Shown here: in pieces, positions 1 through 7,570 of the stretch
How positions within the stretch are numbered: the stretch's first letter is position 1
Layout of the letters: each line of letters opens with the position of its first letter
Assembly (NCBI GenBank): GCA_949287595.1
Contig: CASEGV010000003.1
Span: forward strand, 8,490-72,489
Length of the DNA: 64,000 nucleotides
Reading direction: 5' to 3'
Origin: an uncultured Mycoplasmatota bacterium
GTDB taxonomy: Bacteria > Bacillota_I > Bacilli_A > RF39 > UBA660
The notes under the pieces: model-generated
Seen by the model: only the letters and a program-made list of their open reading frames with translations
Database searches by the model: none
Told to the model about the DNA's origin: nothing
Translations under genes and position numbers: made by a program

Positions 1-407
1 AAACACTGGTAAAAGAAGAAAATGTTAAGATAGAGAATGCATTATTTGTAATATTTAGTATTATATTTTTATTAATTGCAATCCAAATGTTACATAAATT
101 AATAAAGATACTACCAATATTTCACAAAAAACTATCTTTATATGACAATTATATTAAGAAAATATTAACAGAATATGACAGGCTAATTGTAGAAAGTTCT
201 TATTGCCCTGAATTTGAAAAATATAACATAATTAAAGTAAAAGAATTTAGTGAACTAGTAGATGTTCATGACAATATAAACCAACCAATTTTATATTATG
301 AAGTAACAAAACATCAAAAATCTTATTTCTATATAAAGAGTAATGATGATATTTATCTAACAACAATTAAAGCTGTTGACCTAGAGGAAAAAAATGAAAA
401 GAAATAA
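1..407 (+). CDS. 3' part of a membrane protein gene running off the left edge (one TM helix, then a soluble tail of about 105 aa)
   Basis: The frame of the listed 87..407 ORF stays open back to nt 3 (TLVKEENVKIENALFVIFSIIFLLIAIQMLHK...). A hydrophobic helix is encoded at about nt 40-95. Stop at 405-407. Confidence 0.45.
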   Translation, partial: TLVKEENVKIENALFVIFSIIFLLIAIQMLHKLIKILPIFHKKLSLYDNYIKKILTEYDRLIVESSYCPEFEKYNIIKVKEFSELVDVHDNINQPILYYEVTKHQKSYFYIKSNDDIYLTTIKAVDLEEKNEKK

Positions 408-1512
408 GAGAAAAAAAAGTTTATATATAATTTCAGGAATAATAACAATATTAATTGTCTCTATAACAATTGGATATTCTGCGTTTGGAACAGAAATGAA
501 TATTTCTGGTATAGCAGCGAGTGTTAGATTAGAAGATAATATTAGAGTAACCGGTCTTTCTGTAGAAAGTACAACTGATAATGCTTCTTCCTCTTATGAA
601 GATTATAATATTGCAGCCCTATTGACAGAAGCCACACTACCAACAGCAAATTCTCAAATAACGTACAAAGTAACAATAACGAATTTTGGAAACACAGAAA
701 TGGGAATATTTAGTATTGAAAATCTTCCAGAAAACTTAGATTATGAACTAACAGATTATAATTTACAAGACAAAATATGTGATGCAAACAATAATTGTAC
801 CTTAGGAGCACAGAAAGTTTTTTATTTGACTATAAGGTATAAAACAGGAGGATTTAATGGAAATACAGTATACCCCCTTAATTTAAAACTAACATATAAA
901 CCATTTCATACAATAACCTATCTTAATATAGATGGAGCAGGCTATCCCCAAGAAATTATGGAAGATACTAATTTACAGTTAACGTTTCAAGAGCCATTTC
1001 CTAAATATTTAACGGTATATAATGAATCAAATATAACAGTTCCCTTTATTTACGAAAATGGAGTATTAACAGTAGAAAAAATAACAGAAAACCTAACAGT
1101 AGAAAATCGTATAGAATCAGAAGATAAAGATTTTATCATTGAAAATGATAGTGAAACAGAAATTTGGGAAAAAATACCAGATGGTTCTTCCATAACGATT
1201 GATGATTTACTAGATACAGGAATGTCTGGAATTAATATTTCAAACAAAAAAATAATTCAAATAGATGTAACAATAGATTATCAGTCAACAACAGGATCGT
1301 CACAAAGTGTCAATGTGCTATTAGATGCATCAGGTAGTTCTTATAGTCAAGGCATTACATTTACAAGACAAGGTACCTCCGGAACTGTAAGTTTTTCTAA
1401 CCTATCTTTAAATCCTAATGATGAATTTAAGGTAACAGTAACAGAAAATAGATTAACAAATCATAGTATAAATATTATTAAAGTAAGTATTAAAGTATAT
1501 TTTGAAGAATAA
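394..1512 (+). CDS. N-terminally anchored or secreted beta-rich protein, function unknown
   Basis: GAGGA lies 6 nt upstream of the ATG, and the start overlaps the previous stop by 14 nt. The N-terminus is basic (KRNKRKK), followed by hydrophobic LYIISGIITILIVSITIG and then YSAFGTEMNISG. The rest is T/N/S-rich. Confidence 0.55.
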   Translation: MKRNKRKKSLYIISGIITILIVSITIGYSAFGTEMNISGIAASVRLEDNIRVTGLSVESTTDNASSSYEDYNIAALLTEATLPTANSQITYKVTITNFGNTEMGIFSIENLPENLDYELTDYNLQDKICDANNNCTLGAQKVFYLTIRYKTGGFNGNTVYPLNLKLTYKPFHTITYLNIDGAGYPQEIMEDTNLQLTFQEPFPKYLTVYNESNITVPFIYENGVLTVEKITENLTVENRIESEDKDFIIENDSETEIWEKIPDGSSITIDDLLDTGMSGINISNKKIIQIDVTIDYQSTTGSSQSVNVLLDASGSSYSQGITFTRQGTSGTVSFSNLSLNPNDEFKVTVTENRLTNHSINIIKVSIKVYFEE

Positions 1513-1521
1513 ACGACAAAA

Positions 1522-1556
1522 AGAAGGGGAAATACCAAAATTCTCCTCTTTTGTTA
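1522..1556 (+). terminator. Probable intrinsic terminator
   Basis: AGAAGGGGAA (1522-1531) pairs imperfectly with TTCTCCTCTT (1541-1550), followed by TTTTGTT. Confidence 0.5.
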
Positions 1557-1577
1557 TGTCGAAATTTATGATATAAT
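1551..1577 (+). promoter_or_regulatory. Putative ftsE promoter with an extended -10
   Basis: TTGTTA at 1551-1556 and TGaTATAAT at 1569-1577. The heptamer TGTCGAA (1557-1563) sits in the spacer. Confidence 0.45.
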
Positions 1578-1602
1578 GAAATATACTAGGATGGAGGTAA
1601 AT

Positions 1603-2301
1603 ATGGACTTAATCAGAATAAAAAATGTAGAGAAAAAATATAAAAATGGAGTTACTGCAATCTATGATTTAAATCTTGCTATTGAAAAAGGTTCTTTTAC
1701 TTTCGTAATTGGCGGGTCTGGTAGTGGAAAAAGTACATTAATCAAGATGCTATATCGTGAGGAAAAACCAACGAAAGGTCAAATAATTGTTGGAGGACTT
1801 GATGTAGCAAAACTTAGAAATACAAAAGTATATAAATTGAGAAGAAAACTTGGAATCGTTTTCCAAGATTATCGTCTACTACCTAAACTGACGGTATATG
1901 AAAATGTAGCCTTTGCTATGGAAGTAATTGGTGCTAGTAAAGAAAAAACAAGAACAAAGGTATTAAGAGCACTAGAAGAAGTAGGATTAAAGAATAAGGT
2001 ACATAATTATCCTGACCAATTATCAGGAGGAGAACAACAACGTGTTGCAATTGCTAGAGCAATCGTAAATGATCCTAAATTATTATTATGTGACGAGCCA
2101 ACTGGAAATCTAGATCCAGAAAGAAGTATGGAAATCATGAAAGTACTAGATAATATCAACAAAACAAGAGGAACAACGATTATTATGGCAACCCATGATA
2201 AAGAAATTGTTAATAGTATGAAAAAACAAGTAGTAACTTTAAAAGATGGACATTTGGTTAACTTTAAGCAGAAAGGAACATATATAGATGAGAATATTTA
2301 G
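1603..2301 (+). CDS. ftsE: Cell-division ABC ATPase FtsE
   Basis: Walker A GGSGSGKST, signature LSGGEQQRV, Walker B LLLCDEPTGNLD, and the H-loop His in MATHD. GGAGG lies 6 nt upstream of the ATG at 1603; the listed 1576 start lies inside the -10 box. Confidence 0.9.
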   Translation: MDLIRIKNVEKKYKNGVTAIYDLNLAIEKGSFTFVIGGSGSGKSTLIKMLYREEKPTKGQIIVGGLDVAKLRNTKVYKLRRKLGIVFQDYRLLPKLTVYENVAFAMEVIGASKEKTRTKVLRALEEVGLKNKVHNYPDQLSGGEQQRVAIARAIVNDPKLLLCDEPTGNLDPERSMEIMKVLDNINKTRGTTIIMATHDKEIVNSMKKQVVTLKDGHLVNFKQKGTYIDENI

Positions 2302-3193
2302 AATGTTAGCAAGAAGCATTAGAGATGCCTTTAAAAGTGTAATCAGAAATTTTAGCTTATCTTTAGCATCCATCTCTTGTATTACTATTACACTGATTAT
2401 AGTAGCTATCGCTATTATGGCATCATTTAATGTGCAAAACTTTACGAAAGAAATTGAAAAAGATTTAACTATCGTAATATTTTTAAATAATAATGTAACA
2501 GATGAAGAAGTACAAATGGTAGAAAAAGAAATAAAATCAATTCCAAATGTCAATAAAAAAAGTCTTGTTTTTGCATCCAAACAACAAGTAAAAGAAGAAA
2601 TGCAAGAAGAATCAGAAGTGTTTGATACAGTACTAGATGAATGGAGTGATGAGGAAAGTCCTCTAAAAGATACATTCCAAGTAAAAGTAAAAGACGTAGA
2701 AAAAATATCAAATACTGCTGCTAGAATTGAAAAAATAGACCAAGTAAATACAGTAAGATATGGTGAAGGAATGGTAGATAAAATGGTAACTGCCTTCTCA
2801 TCTATCGAAAAAGTAACATATGGTGTAGTAATAGCCCTAGTTATTGTAACAGTATTCTTAATTATAAATACAATTAAATTAACAATATCAGCAAGAAGAA
2901 GAGAAATAGGTATCATGAGATTAGTTGGAGCAAGTAACTTTACCATCAAAACACCATTTATTATTGAAGGTATGATTTTAGGACTATTAGGTTCTATTGT
3001 ACCAGTAATATTTACTACATATGGATACTTAGCATTCTATAAACATTTTGATGGTTATTTATTTACCCAGTTAATTCAATTAATAGAACCAGAACCATTT
3101 ATTTATTCAACTGCTGGAATTGTTGTAATAATTGGTATTTTAGTAGGTATGGTTGGTAGTGCCAGTGCCGTAAGAAAGTATTTGAAGATATAA
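2288..3193 (+). CDS. ftsX: Cell-division permease-like protein FtsX
   Basis: Overlaps the ftsE stop. FtsX topology: one TM, a large extracellular loop, then three C-terminal TM helices. N-terminus is typical (RSIRDAFKSVIRN). Confidence 0.85.
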   Translation: MRIFRMLARSIRDAFKSVIRNFSLSLASISCITITLIIVAIAIMASFNVQNFTKEIEKDLTIVIFLNNNVTDEEVQMVEKEIKSIPNVNKKSLVFASKQQVKEEMQEESEVFDTVLDEWSDEESPLKDTFQVKVKDVEKISNTAARIEKIDQVNTVRYGEGMVDKMVTAFSSIEKVTYGVVIALVIVTVFLIINTIKLTISARRREIGIMRLVGASNFTIKTPFIIEGMILGLLGSIVPVIFTTYGYLAFYKHFDGYLFTQLIQLIEPEPFIYSTAGIVVIIGILVGMVGSASAVRKYLKI

Positions 3194-4422
3194 TGAAAAA
3201 ATATAAAATAATATCTTTTCTAGTTCTAATCTCTATTATTGCATCTTATGTCATACTACCTATGGATGCACAAGCTAGTGCCAATACTCTAGCAGAGTTT
3301 AGAGCAGAAGTAGAAAAATATACAGCAGATTTACAAGCAAAGCAAGATAAAGTTGCTAAAAATGATAAAGAAGTAGCAGAAATCAAAGCCAGAATTGCAG
3401 AAATTGAAGCAGAATTAGATAAGATTGTCGAAGAGATAGGAACTCTTCAAACTGAAATTGATCAAAGTAATCAAGAAATAAAAGAAAAAAGTGAAGAAAG
3501 TAAAAAGATACTAGAATATTATCAATTAGCAAACGGAGAAAATGCCTATTTAGAGTATGCTTTTGGAGCGACTAGTATTACAGATATGATTTATCGCATG
3601 TCAGTGGTAGAGCAACTAACAGAATATAATGATAAAATCATGAAAGAATTAGAAGATTTAATTGCTAAAAATAAACAACAGCAAGAAGACTTAACAACAA
3701 AGCAAACAGAGCAAAAAAAACTACAAACAGAACTAGAAAGTGAAAAAGAAAGAATTAACGCTGATACAAAAGCTCTAAAAGATGCTATGCCAGGAGTACA
3801 AGAACAAATCGATGCTGCCAAAGCAAACGTAAAATATTATGAATCTATTGGTTGTGGAGAAAATGAGGATATTCAACAATGCCAAATACGTCATGATAGA
3901 AATAATGCATCAAGTGGAGGAGGAAGCAGTAGTGGCGGTGGAGCAGGAAATATTATGCCACCATCAGCAGCAGGATTCTTTAGACCAATGGATAGTGGAT
4001 ATGTAACGCAAAACTGGATGAACAACGGTCATTTAGGAATCGATCTTGGAAACAGAAATTATTCAAATATTGAAATTCATCCAATCGCAACAGGTGTTGT
4101 ATTTGCTAAATACTATGATAATGCGGGTGCCTTAGTATTAAAAATAAGACATTATACAAACGGAAGATACCTATATTCTACCTATGCACATTTATCAGCT
4201 TGGTATGTTAATGTAGGACAAATAGTAACACCAGATACCGTAATTGGACGTATGGGATCAACTGGTAACTCATCAGGACCACATCTACACTTAGAAGTAA
4301 CTACTTGCGACTGGAATAAAGGTGGAGGATGTACCTGGGCAACTTACCAAAGAAGTACATTAAATCCAAGAAATTATGTTGGATTCCCTAGTGGACTATA
4401 CTCTTGGTGGTATGGACGATAA
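3193..4422 (+). CDS. Secreted coiled-coil M23 (LytM-type) peptidoglycan endopeptidase, likely the FtsEX-controlled hydrolase
   Basis: Signal peptide, then a heptad-rich region of about 200 aa, a G/S linker (SSGGGSSSGGGAG), and an M23 domain. The domain keeps HLGIDLG (HxxxD) and GPHLHLEV (HxH). The ATG shares a base with the ftsX stop (TAATG). Confidence 0.85.
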   Translation: MKKYKIISFLVLISIIASYVILPMDAQASANTLAEFRAEVEKYTADLQAKQDKVAKNDKEVAEIKARIAEIEAELDKIVEEIGTLQTEIDQSNQEIKEKSEESKKILEYYQLANGENAYLEYAFGATSITDMIYRMSVVEQLTEYNDKIMKELEDLIAKNKQQQEDLTTKQTEQKKLQTELESEKERINADTKALKDAMPGVQEQIDAAKANVKYYESIGCGENEDIQQCQIRHDRNNASSGGGSSSGGGAGNIMPPSAAGFFRPMDSGYVTQNWMNNGHLGIDLGNRNYSNIEIHPIATGVVFAKYYDNAGALVLKIRHYTNGRYLYSTYAHLSAWYVNVGQIVTPDTVIGRMGSTGNSSGPHLHLEVTTCDWNKGGGCTWATYQRSTLNPRNYVGFPSGLYSWWYGR

Positions 4423-4449
4423 GAAACTGTGAATCAGTTTCTTTTTTTT
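4422..4449 (+). terminator. Intrinsic terminator
   Basis: AGAAACTG-tgaat-CAGTTTCT followed by a T8 run. Confidence 0.85.
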
Positions 4450-4560
4450 GTAAAAAAAAATATATTTGTTGTAAATCAAAAATAAATTATCGTAAAACAA
4501 TAAAAATATATTGACTTTTAATATATTAGGAATATAATAATATCAAAAGGAGAAAAAATT

Positions 4561-5028
4561 ATGCAAAAAAATAAAACCAAAACAATTGCGACAGTAATCA
4601 GTTTATTATTAAAAATATGTATAGGAATAGGAATTATATTATTACTTGCTTTATGGAAAATACTAGAGGCACTAAATATTAAATTTGATTTATTGGTATT
4701 TTTAATCTATCCATGTGGAATTTTATTCTTAATATTAGTATTTCAATTTATAAGATTATTTAACCAGTTAAAAATTGAAAACCCTTTTACAATGACCATG
4801 GTAAAATGTCTAAAACAGACAATGTGGATTAGTTTTATCATCGGCATTATCATATTTTTAGCACTATTATTGTCAATCTTTATTTATCCTGCATATACTT
4901 TAACGTTAAAAATATCTTTAACTTTCTTCACAATTTTATTTACAGGAGTAGGAATTGCCTTATACTTATTAAGTGAACTGTTTAGACAGGCAACTGAATA
5001 TAAAGAAGAAAATGATTTAACAATATAG
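4561..5028 (+). CDS. Four-TM membrane protein (DUF2975-like)
   Basis: Small polytopic protein directly upstream of a YozG-type HTH, which is the usual partner arrangement. AAGGAG RBS. Confidence 0.5.
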   Translation: MQKNKTKTIATVISLLLKICIGIGIILLLALWKILEALNIKFDLLVFLIYPCGILFLILVFQFIRLFNQLKIENPFTMTMVKCLKQTMWISFIIGIIIFLALLLSIFIYPAYTLTLKISLTFFTILFTGVGIALYLLSELFRQATEYKEENDLTI

Positions 5029-5037
5029 GAGGGTAGT

Positions 5038-5256
5038 ATGGCAATAATTGTAAATTTAGATGTAATGATGGCTAAAAGAAAAATATCATCACAGGAATTA
5101 GCAGAAAAGCTAGGAATTACACAGGCAAATCTTTCGATATTAAAAACAAATAAAGGAAAGGCAATTAGATTTTCTACGTTAAATAAAATTTGTGAAGTAC
5201 TAGATTGTAAACCAGGAGATATTCTAGATTATGAAAGGGATGAAGAACATGGTTAA
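5038..5256 (+). CDS. Small XRE/Cro-type HTH regulator (YozG-like)
   Basis: 72 aa. Motifs: IVNLDVMMAKRKISSQELAEKLGITQANLSILK and CEVLDCKPGDILDY. Confidence 0.8.
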   Translation: MAIIVNLDVMMAKRKISSQELAEKLGITQANLSILKTNKGKAIRFSTLNKICEVLDCKPGDILDYERDEEHG

Positions 5257-6667
5257 TTTAATATATATATTTTTATTAGCAATCTGGTTTTGTATTATGT
5301 ATTATGGAACAAAACTAGGATTATCGGTAATATTGTTTAATATTCCGTTAATATGGATAATTTATAAAATATTAAAAAAGAATAATAAAACAAATAATAA
5401 AAAAGGTCTAATTTTACTAATACCAATATTTTTGTTATCGTTAACTTACTTTATTTTTGATAGCTTATTCTTCAAAATATTAAACTTTATAGTAATAACA
5501 ATATTAATAATTTTACTATTTATTATGACAATAAGACCTACTTTTAAAGTAATAGATTTAATAGGTGATGGATTTTGTATTATACTAAATCCTTTAGAAT
5601 ATATTGGTGAAGTATTTACGAAAGTAAAAAAAGAAATAGATAAAAAAATACATTTAAAGAAGGAATTAAAAAAGAAACTAAAATCTATTTTAATTATTCT
5701 ACCAATTATAATAGTGGTACTTATTCTATTATCATCAGCAGATATGATTTTTAATGATTTAATATCAAATATATTAAACATCCCTGCCAAAGCAATAAAT
5801 CATATAAAATTTGGAAATATCATCGCTAGAGTATTAATGATAATAGCATTCTTTATCTATTTTTCAGCATTATTATTATATTTACTTTCTAACTATCAAG
5901 AAGAAGAGCGTGATGGAGAAGGAATCATCAAAGAAAAAAAGAAAGAAACGGATACAATCAAATTATTATTAATAGTATTAAATATTATCTATATTATTTT
6001 TGATATAATACAAATAAAATCTTTATTACTTCATTCAGTAGGTTCAACAATTACGTATGCTGAATATGCAAGACAAGGCTTCTTCCAATTAATGGTAGTA
6101 TCCCTAATAAATTTATGTGTAATCTTATATACGAAAAAATATGATAACAAAAATGATAATAAAAAAATAAAAGCTTTATCAATACTATTAGTATTTCTAA
6201 CGTTTATCATTATAATTTCTTCATTTATTAGAATGTATTTATATGAACAAGAATTTGGTTATACTCTATTAAGATTATTAGTATACATTAGTCTATTTAC
6301 TGAAACAATTTGTCTAATACCGACGATTATCTATATTATAAAAGATAAATTTAATATCGTAAAAAGTTATATGATAATCATAATTACAGTATATGTAATC
6401 ATCAATTATATAAATATAGACAAAGTAATAGCCATAAGAAATATTGATAGATATCAAAAGAAAAATGATATTGATATTTACTATCTAATGAATAATCATG
6501 CTGATAACATCCCTGAGTTAGTAGATTTCTTAGAAGAAGTAAAAGATAAAGATGCAAAAAAATTATTAAAGAAATATTTACAAAAAAGAGATTTTGAAAC
6601 CAAAGACTTTAGAGAATGGAATCTAGCTAAGTATCAAGCAAGAGAAAGTATAAAAAATTTGAAATAG
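5249..6667 (+). CDS. Large polytopic membrane protein (DUF4173-like)
   Basis: At least 10 predicted TM segments with K-rich loops. The preferred start, ATG 5249, overlaps the HTH stop; ATGs at 5231 and 5240 are alternatives. Confidence 0.5.
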   Translation: MVNLIYIFLLAIWFCIMYYGTKLGLSVILFNIPLIWIIYKILKKNNKTNNKKGLILLIPIFLLSLTYFIFDSLFFKILNFIVITILIILLFIMTIRPTFKVIDLIGDGFCIILNPLEYIGEVFTKVKKEIDKKIHLKKELKKKLKSILIILPIIIVVLILLSSADMIFNDLISNILNIPAKAINHIKFGNIIARVLMIIAFFIYFSALLLYLLSNYQEEERDGEGIIKEKKKETDTIKLLLIVLNIIYIIFDIIQIKSLLLHSVGSTITYAEYARQGFFQLMVVSLINLCVILYTKKYDNKNDNKKIKALSILLVFLTFIIIISSFIRMYLYEQEFGYTLLRLLVYISLFTETICLIPTIIYIIKDKFNIVKSYMIIIITVYVIINYINIDKVIAIRNIDRYQKKNDIDIYYLMNNHADNIPELVDFLEEVKDKDAKKLLKKYLQKRDFETKDFREWNLAKYQARESIKNLK

Positions 6668-6757
6668 AGGAATTCTATTTCTTTTTTATTATTTTTAAAA
6701 TAAATGATTGTATTTTAATAAATGAAATAGTATGATAAAGACAAGAAAGGAAGTAGT

Positions 6758-7555
6758 ATGGGATATAAGTTAATCGCAATGGATTTTGATGGTACTTTAC
6801 TAACGGATGATAAAAAAGTATTACCAAAAACCGAAGAGATATTAAGAAGTTTAAAAAGAGAAGGTTACAAAGTAGTAGGTGCAACCGCTAGGACATTAGA
6901 AGATACAATAAATGCAGTTCCCATAGATATATTTACACATGTAATTGTAAATAATGGAGTAACTATTTATGATGTTGATAGACAACAAGAAGAATGGATG
7001 GGATACATCACTCATCAAGAAGCAAATAAAATAATACAAGAAGTAGAAGAAATATCAAAACAAATATATTTAATATCAGGGACAAAATATTACGCTTATA
7101 AATTTACAAGTGAATTGTTACCATTTATTGTAGAAAAAACACAAATAGATAAAGTAGAAGATATACAAGAAAAAATAGCCAGAATGAATATATTTCTAAA
7201 AACAGGAGAAGATGTCAATACCAATTATCAGTTGATTACCCGGAAATTTTCTAATGTGAATTGCTTTATAATGCAAAATTCAAATAGTAAAGATCAATGG
7301 CTAATTATCAATCCCAAAAACATTAATAAAGCAAATACCTTAGAAACATTAGGACAAAATTTAGGAATAAGTACACAAGAAATGATATTTTTTGGAGATG
7401 GATTAAATGATTTAGAGGTAATCGAACGAGTAGGTTTAGGTGTAGCCATGGGAAATGCACTACCAGAAGTAAAAGAAAAATCAAAAGCGATAACAACATC
7501 TAATAATGAAGATGGAATAGAAAAATTTCTAGTAAAAAAACTAATAAAGAAATAA
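6758..7555 (+). CDS. Cof-type HAD-IIB phosphatase
   Basis: Contains the DxDGT motif (AMDFDGTLL) and the C-terminal FGDGLNDLEV...GVAMGNA motif. Confidence 0.8.
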   Translation: MGYKLIAMDFDGTLLTDDKKVLPKTEEILRSLKREGYKVVGATARTLEDTINAVPIDIFTHVIVNNGVTIYDVDRQQEEWMGYITHQEANKIIQEVEEISKQIYLISGTKYYAYKFTSELLPFIVEKTQIDKVEDIQEKIARMNIFLKTGEDVNTNYQLITRKFSNVNCFIMQNSNSKDQWLIINPKNINKANTLETLGQNLGISTQEMIFFGDGLNDLEVIERVGLGVAMGNALPEVKEKSKAITTSNNEDGIEKFLVKKLIKK

Positions 7556-7570
7556 AAGGAACGGGTGAAT

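Noticed and set aside
2239-2949. 236-aa minus-strand ORF
   Set aside because: It lies entirely antisense to ftsE/ftsX, has no RBS, and has the low-complexity I/S/F/T composition typical of shadow ORFs in AT-rich coding DNA.
6675-6884. 69-aa minus-strand ORF overlapping the start of the HAD gene
   Set aside because: It overlaps a well-supported plus-strand gene and its promoter region, and it has no RBS.
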